Shown in pieces: positions 13,601 through 28,000 of a DNA stretch of 64,000 bases. The translations under genes and the position numbers were made by a program. The DNA is taken from NCBI RefSeq assembly GCF_006345805.1, contig NC_043005.1, forward strand, positions 14,694,001 to 14,758,000, written 5' to 3'. The DNA is from Octopus sinensis (lineage: Eukaryota). A model generated the notes under the pieces. The model had not been told where the DNA came from and ran no database searches. It was given only the letters and a program-made list of their open reading frames with translations. Numbering within the stretch: the stretch's first letter is position 1; every line of letters starts with the position of its first letter.

Positions 13601-16600
13601 AATGATATAGGAGAGTAGGCATTGATCGCAGGATGTCTTAGGTGTCATTTTGGCAGTTTGTTGGAATATCGTTTATTGGTTCATGGATAGTTTTTTGGAT
13701 CGTTAAGTTGTTGTTACCCTGCTTCGTTATATGCTTTATTATTACTCCACAATTATAATGTAAAAATATATCGTCATAACAATTGGCAATACAACAATTT
13801 CATTTAAGAATTTTTGCATATGGCATTCAATGTATTACCCCTAAATATATTATATTCAAATTCATGTAATTATTTCATTTGACTTATCTCTCATGAATCA
13901 CTTCTTTTTTTCATCTAATTCTATGAAATATATTGGCCAAAATTATCGGTAACTGTTTTCCTATCTGTAAAAACGTTTCTTATTTGGAATAACTTTACAG
14001 ATGTTTGTCTTTTCTTATCGCTGACAAAACAATTGTGAATTGAACCACTAAATGTAGAATAATGTGTCTTTCTTGGGGATTGAAAGGCAACAATAAGATT
14101 TGAACTCATAATATGAACCTTTCAAGTTGAATTCATTAATATTACAGTCACATGCTCCCTTGTGCATTTTGTAGGGTGTAGGGGTTGTACTAAGGAAAAC
14201 AATTCCTTGAGGAATTAAAGGAGAAGAAAAAAAACAGTAAAAGAACAAACAATAAAGAACAGTTCTGAGGCAAAATCTTACAATTTGATAATGTCATTTT
14301 GGCTCCTGGACATGGTGCTTCGCACAGAACACCATACGCTTCTTCAAGATCTTTATTTTCAATAACTATCTACAATAGAAGATCAGTGCAGGAATTTAAA
14401 ATAGTTTCATGATGATAATGATGATGGTGGTACTGATGGTGGTTGTAGTGGTGATGATGATGGTGGAGGTGATGAGGATGGTAGTGGTAGTGTTGGAAGT
14501 GGTGGTGGAGATGGTGGTAATGGTTGTGTTGGTGACGATGATGTTCATGATGAGAGTGATGATGATGATAATGATGATGGGGATGATAATGATGATGGTA
14601 ATGATGATCACGGTGACAATAAAACATTTGTAGTAAACGGCCAGTACAGACCAGTGTGGAATAGTGTCCTCACACACACACCCACACACATATTAAACCA
14701 GCTTCTTTCAGTTTCTGCCTCCGAAATCCACTCACAAAAAAATCTTGGTCAGCCAAGGGGTTTAATAGAAAATACTTGCCTAAGGTGCCACATTGAGAGA
14801 TGAATTGAAACCATATGAGCCCACTTTTTAAGCATACACCAATCCCTGTGCCTTTATACACACACACACACATACACACACCTGGCTCTCCATGCTTGTG
14901 AGATTAATGTGCAAGTGGCCGAGTATTCCACAGAATACATACTCTTAACATAGTTGTCAGGGAGATTCAGTGTGACACAGAATATGAAAAGGATGGTCCC
15001 TTTCAAACAGGCACTACTCAATTTTTGCCAACTGAGTAGACTGGAGCAATGTGAAATAAAGTGTCTTGCTCAAGGACTGAATGTGCCACCAGGAATCGAA
15101 CTCATAACCTTATGAGAGTGAGCTGAATATTCTAACCACTAGCCACCTGCCTTTACTAGACACACATACACAGGGAGAATGCAGAGCAAAATGTTATAAA
15201 CTGTTTCATGTTGAAAGACCTTTGGACAAACTTTACACCTAATTCCACAGCCATTCTCATATGCCCCTCCAGATCAAACTTTGAGAGATTAATCAATAAT
15301 AGACAGATATTTACACATGCTTAAGGAAATGATTAAATGGGATGTATAAACAAATTCTTTGGGGATCCTGAAATGGTTTAATGATATTTAGAATAAGAAA
15401 ACTACTAGATTCTTTCAAATAGATATCACTAACTACTATGCATCCATCGGCCATGTCCAATGAAATTGTAAGAAGGATTATACTGGGATGAAGCATTATT
15501 CACTATCTGTAATTGTAGCAAAAATAAAGTTGAACAGTATAAGGAAAATCTTTTGCAATTTTAAAATAGATCTGGATTTTCCATCTCTGTAGAGACAGAT
15601 CATAGTAAAGTAAAAAATTTTTTAGATATTACCCTTGACCTTATTTCTGAACTGCATCAACCATTTCACAAACCCAGTGACAACCTTAAGTACATAAGCC
15701 ACAACTCAAATCATCCAAAATGCATTATAAACTCTATAATTAAGGCAGTCTCAATTAGAATTTCTAAGCTTTTAACTAGGAAAAAATTTTTAAACAACAT
15801 GGGAGATATAACCTAACTTCAGCTGAAGTCGGTTACCAAGAAGAAATTAAATACATCCCAAATAGTAGTGATTCAGTCAAAGATAATAATGTTAACAATG
15901 GACAAATTATGATTCTGGTGACTCACAGGTGGTGTAGTTAGGACAAAGGACACAGAAACACCCTTAACCAACAGAAAGAAAGATAAGTGAACACACATAA
16001 AAGTAAGAGACAATCGAGTAACATTAATTCAAGTAAATTGACTGCTAAATCTTCACAACCTCCCAAATATGGTAGGTATAATGTTAATCACCAGCAAGAG
16101 GTGGAAGATAGGAAGCGTGGTGTGCAATAATCGCCCATATAAGATTTATTTTAATACAAGCTGACTAGCTCATGACAAAAGCATGAAGAGGAATAGTGAA
16201 GAATGTAGTAATTCTAAGAAACAGAGTGGTAGATTAAAGCAAGTAGTCTGATATAATGCACCATTGACATTGCAAATCACCACCAGTATCCTGAGACAAT
16301 TCTTCGTGGCCTTAGAAAAGCAGTTCCCACAACACAGCTTACACTGGTTATGCCTATGAAGTTCCTAAGGCAGCTGCAGGAGAAATATGTAGCCAAAGAT
16401 AAAATCTTTGTACTTGGCTTTTGTGACTTAGAGAAAGCCTTTGACAGGGTCCCCTGATCCCTCGTCAGATGGTCAATATGGAAACTAGGGATAGTTTCCA
16501 ATGAATGGCTGGTGAGAGCTGTACAAACCATGTACAGGGATGCTGTCAGTAAGGTGAGGGTTGGCAATGAGTACAGTGAAGATTTCAGGGTACAAGTAGA

Positions 16601-19600
16601 GGTTAACCAAAGATTGGTGCTCAGGCCCTCTTGTTCATCATAGTTCTCCAGGCAATAACAGAGGAAGATAGGCTGCCTCTGAGAGTTCCTCTATTCTGAT
16701 GACCTTGTTCTTATCGCTGAATCATTACCAGAACTAGAGAAGAGGTATGAAGCAAGGTCTAGAATTGAAGGGTCTTTGAGTTAACCTAGCAAAAACCAAA
16801 GCATTAGTAAGTAGGAAGGCAGACAAATTACAAATCCCTTCAGGTAGATGGACCTGCTTGATCTGTAGGAAAGAGATACGTAGAAACTCCATAATATGTT
16901 CTGAGTGTAAGTCATAGACATATAAGTGGTGCAAAAATATCAGAAGATGCATGGGAACAATAAATACAGAAAATTGACTCTATCAACTGCCAGGCGTGTA
17001 AGCTTCCATTATTTAGGTGACCAAGTTTGTAGCAGAGGTGGATGCTCCGAGAGCATAGCTGTGAGAATAAGATTAGGCAGGACAAAGTTCAGAGAGCTTC
17101 TACATCTGCTAGCAACAAAGACTTCTCTCTCAGATTGTATGATGCCTGTATGTGAATAGCCATGCTGCATGGCAGTGAAACATGGGCTGTGACAGTTGAG
17201 GACATGTGTTGGCTTGAAACAAATGAAGCCAGTATGCTTCACTGGATGTGCAACGCAAGTGTGCATGTTCAACAGAGTGTAAGCAACTTGAGGGAAATGT
17301 TGGGCATAAGAGGCACTGGATGTGGTGTGCAAGAGAGATGACTGTGATGTGATGTGTATGGATGAAGATAGCTGTGGAAAGAAGCAACAATCTCTAATTG
17401 TGGAGGGAAGCTACGGTAGAGGTGGATCCAGGAAGACATGGGATGAGGTGGTCTTCGAACTTTAGGCCTCACGGAGGCAGTGACTAGTGACAAGGACCTT
17501 TGGTGAAATGCTGTGCTTCAGAAGACCCATCAAGTCATGTGAAATTGTGATTATGGCCATTGCTGGTGTTGTGTAACTGGCACCTGTGCTGGTGACACAT
17601 AAAAATACATTTCAAGCATTGGGCCTCACCGAGGCAAGATGGCCAATGTCAGTGACACATAAAAAGCATCTTTCAAGTGTTGGGTCTCATAGAGGCAATG
17701 ATGAATGACGAAGACTCTTGACATTTTGCCAAGTGAAATCATAATTGTGTCAGATACTGGTGTCATGTGAATGACACCAGTATCTGACACAATACTGTTG
17801 ACATTAGGAAGGGCATCCAGCTATTGAAACCAAGCTAAATCAGACTGGAGTCTGGTGCAGCTTCTAGCTTGCCTGTTCTGGTCAAATCATCCAACTCATG
17901 CCACATTGGACAACGGATATTAAATGATGATGATGATATATATATGTATATGTATGGATGTATTTATGTATGTATTGATGATGATGATGATTATGGGACA
18001 GACAGAAGACAGATAGACATGGCCAGTCTATGGGGTTAGCCTGGGTTTCACATCCATAAAGCGCTTAGCTTTACAGTGTTTCTTCAGACCCTAAAATCCG
18101 TTGGCCTATGGCTTCTCTAGAAAATGGAGGAGGAAAAAGGACATCATTATTCAACAACCAGTGATTGTTGCTTTGACTGCTAATTAACTGACCATGTTGG
18201 CATGTAGATCCCAGGACACCAGCAAGAATTTCCTGAAGTGCATGCAGGGTCCAAAGACCACTATCCTAGATTTAAGGATATTCCCTATATCAAGGGAGTC
18301 CTTTTAATATTCTCATCTATTTGGCTATGCACAGTTTACAGTGCTTGGTCCCATTTATGTAATGACCTGGAGTTTCTAGGATCCTCCCTAATGTTATGTG
18401 TGGGGTCTTTCAGCCACCATGCATGACTGGCTAAGGATGAAGCATATCTCCTTTCTGGGATCCTGAAAGAGGATTTGTGGTTGGAGAAGTGCTGTTTGAA
18501 TGTGTTACTGAAACATCCGATATGTCTCCATGTTTAGGTGTTGGCAATAGTTTCTGTTGATGTTACTACCATTGTTGTTGGTATTTGTGTTGGCATCGTT
18601 GAAGCTGGTGTTGGTGTTTGTGCAGTTAATACTTGCTGCTGTTGTTATTATTATTTTTATTCCCAATCACACTTCCACCATCATCAGAAAAGAGGCTGTC
18701 TATATCAAGGCTTATATTAATTTTAGTGTTAGGGTTATAGGCAAGGCTTTGTCTATTTGGGTCAATGCTAGTACTACCACTGCTATGATTTATATTCCAT
18801 ATTAGGCAGAGATGAATGGGATAACTTTAGAGTAGATCTGCTGAAGATCAAACTATATTATGGTGATATGGAAAGTTAGAGTCTATGATGGCAAAGAAGG
18901 TTTTGGCTAAGCCCTTAAGCTTAAAGAAAAGTGGGGTGTATACCTGTTATGGAGATTATATCCCCCCACGTGATGAGTGGTATGTGGCTGTCATTATAAA
19001 TACTGTCAGTTAGTGTCAGTGTAGGAGAGAGTACAAAGTAGACAGTCATAGATAGTCGTGGCCTTTTCTAACTAACTATGCTGCTTTAATGCTCTGGACA
19101 TTACAACAGTCTGACAAAGGATTACAATAGTGGCGATGAGGAATTAACAAGCTCACAAAAGTATTTTGTGCAAATTTTATGGTATACAAAATCGTAAAAT
19201 CATGGTAAAGTTGTTGGCCAGTTTGCTTGAATTGCTAAAAGAGCAACAACAACTGAAAGAACAATAACAGCAGCAGCTACAACTGCAAGAGCAACAGCAA
19301 CAAATGCTGCAATTAATGAAGTTGTCTAAAAATGTTGAGAAGATGTTCCCGCTAGATTATGTTGCAAATTGAACAACGAAGTTTAAGAATGAACCAGACA
19401 AAGGAGTTACCTTCAAAGCATACTACAGAAGATACAAACAAATCTTCAATAAAGAGTGCAAAGTTTGGGACGACGATATGAAAATGCATCTTATCTTAAG
19501 AAAACTGGCAGCAGCAGTGCATTATAGTAATTATATACTCCCGAGAAACCCTTCTGGATACAAAAGACATACTGTGTAAAATTTCTAGTGAGAAAAGCTC

Positions 19601-20713
19601 ATTCTTCACTACATGCTGGAAATGTTTGAACCTAGAAAAGAATGAAGAGGACTACATCACATAGAATAACAGAGAATGTGAAAAGTTTAAACTGGACAAA
19701 TTAACGCCAGATATATTCAAGTGCCTGATATTTATTCAGGGACTAACTGCAGAGAAAGACACAGAAGTTACAACAAGAATTGTCACTAGGTTGGAACAAA
19801 ACCAAGCTGTAACCTTACAACAAGTGTCAGAAGAGTGTGAAAGAATAGTAAAAGAGAGCAAATTGAACATAAAGATTGCTCCCAAGTGAAACAAGTGCAA
19901 AATAGCCAGAATAGAAATCAAGTGTGTATTAAAGTACAGTTCAAACAGGACAAAAATCAAGGAACAAAGCCATGTTTGCATGTGACAGTCTACACTTGAG
20001 AAAAAACTGCCCATTTAAAAAGGTGAATGTTTCTGTTGAGGAAAAATTGGACACATACACTGTAAAACCAAGATGACAAAACATTGGAACAAAGCGAAAA
20101 GAATATGTCATCAAAGAAAAAAATAATGTAACAAAGAGGAAATATGTAAATGTGAAAATTGAAAATCTAAGAGTAAAAATGCAGTTAGACACTGAAAGAA
20201 GAATGAATGAAGAAACTTGGAAGTATATCAGTAAACTGAAATTAAGTAAATCTACAAAAGTAGCACATGGTGTTATGGGTAAAAGATTGTATTTTGTAAA
20301 TGAATTTGTGTGATGTGACATTTTGTGACCAAATGAAAATAGCAAAAATATATATGTTAAAAATTTCAGTTAATCTATTTGGCACAGAGTGGATGGAAGT
20401 ATTCAAATTGTGGAATGCACCTAAAAGTGTTTTGGGTGGAAATATTGTTGGTTCTGTCAAAAGTTCAAATGCAGCTGAGAGGTTGAAATGGAAAATAAAA
20501 GTTATTTCCAGAAGTTTTCTCAGTTAGAGTAAATAAAATTTATTTAAGCCATTCACTGTTCACCATTACACCAAATTCTTCTTGGAACCCCCCCCCCCAC
20601 AAATTATTGTGAAATTTAATGGGAACATACTGCATATAAAACATTAATTACCTGTTTCAGCTTATTTCTTTTAAAATACCATAATTCTTGATGAAACAGG
20701 TGTAATAAAATCT

Positions 20714-20745
<32 letters not shown>

Positions 20746-21971
20746 TTATTCTAATTTACCTGGAACTCCGTAGATGGACGAATGTCAATAGAATGTGGTC
20801 TTGTGTCGTTGACCAAGTCAATTTCAGTTGTGAAGCAGTTGTCCTCGTTTGGACATGTTATGTTTGTATATGTATCCCCGTTCAAAATAAGGTGAACTGA
20901 AGACTTATGTGCCTCAGTGTAACAAATTTCCACATTCCATTTTCTGGCCTGGGTATCTGACAAATAATTTGAAAAAATGAAAAATGTTTATCAATTATTT
21001 TCAAAACATCTTTAAAATATTTATACTGTGAATAGTTATTCTATTCTTCTCCTCTCTAGTAATTTATTACCAATTTCAGCCAGACTGTGGCCATGCTGGG
21101 GCACCACCCTAGTTATGCCAAAAAAACTAGTGTATAATATTGGAATTTTTTTTGAAAAAAACACCAAAATCTGAATAATTATTGTCAGTTGGAACTCTTC
21201 AAACATTTACTTTCAAGAAACTATGTTTTTTTTCTTTATATATGTTTTGTTCATGAATAAATCTGTTTGCCTTATTTTTAAAATCATTTTTCTCTACAAC
21301 AACCACTCTAGTTTCATGACAGAATGCCTGATGCTAATGCAGTGGAAAGAATTACTTTATCATTATGGCCAGTATTTCTCTGCTTTTCTCTTTTACATTT
21401 CAATATCCATTCCATCAATGCTAACATGAAAGAAGGAAAAACAGAGTAGAAGCCAGGAAGCTCACAACAAAACCATAAGCAATTTCTGAAATGGAACATC
21501 ATTATCATCATTTCAATATCTACCTTTCCCATGCTTGCATGGGTCAGGTGGAATTTTTTGAGGCAGATTTTCTACAACTGGATGCTATTCCTGTCACCAA
21601 CTCTCACCTTTTTCCATAAAACTGGTAACAAGGGACACTGCCTTTATGATGGTGATGCTTGTTACAGTCATCACGAGAGGTCACAACAAAGGCAGCAAAC
21701 ACACATGCACATAGCTTTTATGTTTTACTTGTTTCAGTCACTAGACTGTGGCCATGCTGGGGCACCACCTTGAAGAATTTCTAATCGAACGAATTAACCC
21801 AAATACTTTTATTTTCCTTTAAGCCTGCTACTTATTCTATTGATCTCTTTGCCAAACTGCTAAGTTATGGGGACACAAACACAGCAACACTGGTTGCCAA
21901 GCTTGTGGGGTGGGGGGAGACAAACAGACAAAAAGACACACACACACAGATACATACATATGTGTTTGTCA

Positions 21972-22017
<46 letters not shown>

Positions 22018-22226
22018 TCTCTTTACTCTTTTACTTGTTTCAGTCATTTGACTGCGGCCATGCTGGAGCACCGCCTTTAGTCGAGCAAATCGACCCTGGG
22101 ACTTATTCTTTGTAAGCCCAGTACTTATTCTATCGGTCTCTTTTGCCGAACCGCTAAGTGATGGGGACATAAACACACCAGCATCTGTTGTCAAACAATG
22201 CTAGGGGCACAAACACAGACACACAA

Positions 22227-22259
<33 letters not shown>

Positions 22260-24451
22260 CGACAGGCTTCTTTCAGTTTCCGTCTACCAAATCCACTCAC
22301 AAGGCGTTTGTCGGCCCGGGGCTATAGCAGAAGACACTTGCCCAAGATGCCAGGCAGTGGGACTGAACCCGGAACCATGTGGTTGGTTAGCAAGCTACTT
22401 ACCACACAGCCACTCCTGTGCCTATATATATATACTAGCAGAATTGCCCGGCGTTGCTCAGGGCTGAATTGCTTGAAAGTACTGTTAATGATTGCACTGA
22501 ATTATGATGATTATTCAGGCAAATATTGATATAAGCTTACGGTGGGAGATAAGGACTTAACGATCAAACGTGTGCCATTGCATTGTTTTGGGGGAACCAA
22601 ATTTCTGATGAGCATTATAGGGGCACCAACTTTAAATTTGAGAAAGTGTGGTGGTAGTCCGGGGTGCTCAAAGGAATTGAGTACCTCTATTGGATAGTTG
22701 ATGACGTCCTCTGGGTCAGGAGTTGTATCGATAGACTGATATACATAGACTTCCCCAGGAATGAGTTTTAGCATTTTATCATTAATATGGTGAACAGTTT
22801 TATTCCTCGGGGCCAGTATAGCCTTTTTGCCAATCCAATCCATATTCTGATAATTAGCTTGTAGATCTGGGAACACTGCATCTCTGAGATCAGAAGGCGT
22901 CTTAGCAATGGTACAAATGGAATCGATGGCAATATTACCATTTTCATCCCCTGGTATTTTGCCTTCGCCAAGTGCAAGGAGGGTGTGAGGAAATGCTGCT
23001 GATGTGATATTACGTCGCATATGAGCACACATATTGGTGTGAAGTTTGAGAGTTACTTCCATTTATTAAAAAAAATATGCATTAAAATGGAAAAAAATGA
23101 TGGTAAATTATTTGTAAAATCATAGACTCATCGTAGACGCGCGCTAATACCCAGGAGGACTCGATAGGAATCACGACTATAAGATACCCGGTTTTGGTTA
23201 AACTGCATCGCAAAATGTGGGAGTAGTTAGGAATCTAAATCGGAGTAGACAGACACACAACCTTTCTTTTATATATAAATATTTTCGTCCTAAAAAACTT
23301 TGTATGGATTGAATGGTTACCTCTATGGAAATATATACACGCACATTATACATACATGTGTGTATAGATGAATATATAAATACATTTAAATATCTATATA
23401 CTGTTTTGGGCGATCTTTCTGTTTCTTAGAGATAACTTTAGATCTTATTTTCGTCCTAAAAAACTTTGTATGGAGTGAATGGTTACCTCTATTGAAATAT
23501 ATACACACACGTTATACATACATGTGTGCATAGATGAATATATAAATATATTTATATATCTATATACACTTTTGGGCGATCTTTGTGCTACTTAGAGATA
23601 ACTTTAGATCTTATTTTCGTCCTAAATAACTTTGTATGGAGTGAATGGTTACGTCTATGGAAATATATACACACACATTATACATACATCTGTGTATAGA
23701 TGAATATATAAATACATTTAAATATCTATATACACTTTTGGGCGATATTTCTGCTACTTGGATATACTTTAGATCTTATATTCGTCCTAAAAAACTTTCC
23801 AGTCACACACTCACGCACACGCACACACACACACATGCACCCTCATACACACACACGCGCACACACACACACTCACACACACGCACGTTAGCTTACAATT
23901 TTATTTATATATTTGCGTGTCTATGTGTGTAAAGAGGAAGTGGGAGGCAGAGTGAAAGAGTCACTCACTTCAGAAAGTGAATTACTTTCATTTTATTCGT
24001 TGCACACTGTGTGTGTGCGTTTGCGTGTGCTGTATCCCACACTAAGAGAAGCATTTGACTCATACACCACAATGTGAGTTTTCTCTAAATTTTGCTTAAT
24101 TGGGGTTGAAATTTTAAAAAGTGGACCTGGCACGACCCGATGCATTCTACTCTTAAAAATGCTAGGTAAATTGTAATTGAAGAAATCCTATATTGTAGAT
24201 TTCTATAAGATACAAAGGGAGGCAGATAAAATCTGCCTTTTATAATAAGAGATATCTCTTATTATAAAAGGCAGATTTTATCTGCCTCCCTTTGTCTCTT
24301 ATAGAAATCTACAATATAGGATTTCTTCAATTACAATTTACCTAGCGGGTCGTGCCAGGTCAAGTTTTTCAAATTTCACCCCCAATTAAGCAAAATTTCG
24401 AGAAAACCCACATTGTGGTGTGTAAGTGAAGTGCTTTTCTTAGTGTGGGCT

Positions 24452-24516
<65 letters not shown>

Positions 24517-24942
24517 AGCGAAATGCTTCACTCATGCTATCACCCTAATTTCTCCTCCTTTCTCTTTGCAAGTGTGCAACGATTAAAGTGAAAGTATTTA
24601 TATAAAACGAGAGAAGTGTACATTAAACCACTACTCAAAAAAAAAAAACACAGCAAACAGAAACAAATAAATACATAACGATTTACTCCTCACACAATTT
24701 CTTCAATTAGAGTTTACCTATGATTTTTCAAAGTACTTCCATTCGGTCATGGCATACAAAATTTCTTTCAATTTCACCCCCATTTCAGAAAAAATTCAAG
24801 AAAACTAAATATTTTACCATTTCACTCACTTCAAAGCCTTTACTCTGCATATTACTCCCACTTCCTATTTACACACATAGACACGCAAATATATAAATAA
24901 AATTGTAAGCTAACGTGTGTGTGTGTGTGTGTGTGTGAGTGT

Positions 24943-25003
<61 letters not shown>

Positions 25004-28000
25004 TGTGTGACAGGGATGAGCCAGTCAGACTGGTCATCCTTTTTGCTAGAAGATCACCTATGGTCTTTATGCTACACCACTGGTTTTCAGTTCATATTAA
25101 TCAAATTCATATTCACAACAAGAAGGACTATTCATTATAATACATCAGTTCCACACATTTACCCTGGTTCCATTTCGGACAACTGCACAAACATTTGCCA
25201 TTTCACACATGTATGTAAACAAATTCCTTTCTTAAAAATTTCAATTCATTTTCTTTTTCAGTTCATACAAAGTTTTTCAGGACGAATATAAGATCTAAAG
25301 TATATCCAAGTAGCAGAAATATCGCCCAAAAGTGTATATAGATATTTAAATGTATTTATATATTCATCTATACACACATGTATGTATAATGTGTGTGTAT
25401 ATATTTCCATAGAGGTAACCATTCACTCCATACAAAGTTATTTAGGACGAATATAAGATCTAAAGTATATCCAAGTAGCAGAAATATCGCCCAAAAGTGT
25501 ATATAGATATTTAAATGTATTTATATATTCATCTATACACAGATGTATGTATAATGTGTGTGTATATATTTCCATAGACGTAACCATTCACTCCGCACAA
25601 AGTTTTTTAGGACGAAAATAAGATCTAAAGTTATCTCTAAGAAACAGAAAGATCGCCCAAAAGTGTATATAGATATTTAAATGTATTTATATATTCATCT
25701 ATGCACACATGTATGTATAACGTGTGTGTATATATTTCCATAGAGGTAACCATTCACTCCATACAAAGTTTTTAGGACGAAAATAAGATCTAAAGTTATC
25801 TCTAAGAAACAGAAAGATCGCCCAAAACAGTATATAGATATTTAAATGTATTTATATATTCATCTATACACACATGTATGTATAATGTGCGTGTATATAT
25901 TTCCATAGAGGTAACCATTCAATCCATACAAAGTTTTTTAGAACGAAAATCTTTATATATAAAAGAAAGGTTGTGTGTCTGTCTACTCCGATTTAGATTC
26001 CTAACTACTCCCACATTTTGCGATGCAGTTTAACCAAAACCGGGTATCTTATAGTCGTGATTCATATCGAGCCCTCCTGGGTATTAGCGCGCGTCTACGA
26101 TGAGTCTACGATTTTACAAATAATTTACCATCATTTTTTTCCATTTTAATGCATTTTTTTAAAATAAAGGGTAGTAACTCTCAAACTTCACACCAATATG
26201 CGTGCTCATATGCGACGTAATATCACATCAGCAGCATTTCCTCACACCCTCCTTGCACTTGGCGAAGGCAAAATACCAGGGGATGAAAATGGTAATATTG
26301 CCATCGATTCCATTTGTACCATTGTTAAGACGCCTTCTGATCTCAGAGATGCAGTGTTCCCAGATCTACAAGCTAATTATCAGAATATGGATTGGATTGG
26401 CAAAAAGGCTATACTGGCCCCGAGGAATAAAACTGTTCACCATATTAATGATAAAATGCTAAAACTCATTCCTGGGGAAGTCTATGTATATCAGTCTATC
26501 GATACAACTCCTGACCCAGAGGACGTCATCAACTATCCAATAGAGGTACTCAATTCCTTTGAGCACCCCGGACTACCACCACACTTTCTCAAACTTAAAG
26601 TTGGTGCCCCTATAATGCTCATCAGAAATTTGGTTCCCCCAAAACAATGCAATGGCACACGTTTGATCGTTAAGTCCTTATCTCCCACCGTACACTTATA
26701 TCAATATTTGCCTGAATAATCATCATAATTCAGTGCAATCATTAACAGTACTTTCAAACAATTCAGCCCCGAGCAACGCCGGGCAATTCTGCTAGTATAT
26801 AATAAAAATTTGTATGTTTATCAAGATTCCTAATGCGAAATCGTGTTGAAACAGATATTATTCTATTTCGAGACTATATATTTTCTCTTCATTTGTTTAT
26901 TATCGTTCTTATTTCAACAGACATGAGTTGAAATACAAATAGTAATAAATGAGTGAAAAACAAATATTTAGTATGTTTATTTGGGAATTTTTAAAAAATG
27001 ACCATCCTGAAATCTTTATATATAAAAGTAAGGTTGTGTGTCTGTCTCCTACGATTTAGATTCCTAACTACTCCCACATTTTGCGGTGCAGTTTAACCAA
27101 AACCGGGTATCTTATAGTCGTGATTCATATCGAGCCCTTCTGGGTATTAGCGCACGTCTACCATGAGTCTACGATTTAAAAAAAAAATTTACCATCAATT
27201 TTCCCCCATTTTTAATGCATTTTTTTTCTATTATATAAGGGAAGTAACTCTCTAAAAATGTATTATTAAATCTCAGAACATAAAAGCTACAGTAACACCC
27301 CCCTTTGTGGTTAGCCATATTGAGATGGCTATTATACTTTACATCTCTAAAAATGCTTATATAGTTATTTCCCTTACAAACCCGAGCAACGCCGGGCGAT
27401 ACTGCTAGTACAATATAAATATATTCAGATATATATATACTCACAAGGCACTGGTCAGCCTGAAGCTATAGGTGCCACATAGTGAGACTGAACCTGGAAC
27501 CATATGGTTGGGAAGCAAGCTTCTTACTACACAGACACACCTGTGCATATAAATATGTGTGTGTAGAAATTTATAATAAATTATTAATTATAATTGAGGG
27601 TACACAAAGTACCAGTGTTACTAGAAATAAGAGTTGAAAAATACTAAATCTCTGAGAGAGATTCATGTAGTAGCAGCATGATAAAATGATAGTATGTTGT
27701 CAACTTAATGTGACAGTCCCATGAAAGGGAAGAATGCTACTGTTGTGTAGCCCTAGGAAATACTGTTTCCTGTTGGGCTTGACACATTTCCTGTTCTGTC
27801 ATCATAGAACCTCATAAAGAATGGTGCAAACAAGCTCCCTTTAAATGGGAAAACCAAGTTCAAATGACTGCAGTACGGGAATTCTGCAATAGCATTAACC
27901 CTTTAGTGTTTAAACCAGCCAAATCCGGCCCAATATATTCTACATGTTTTATATTCAAACTGGCGATATCTAGCCTCTCACTCCTAACCTACAATGTCAT

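Noticed and set aside
22511-23062. 183-aa and 173-aa helicase ORFs as host PIF1 genes
   Set aside because: They are partial domains bounded by Helitron termini, so they are transposon fragments.
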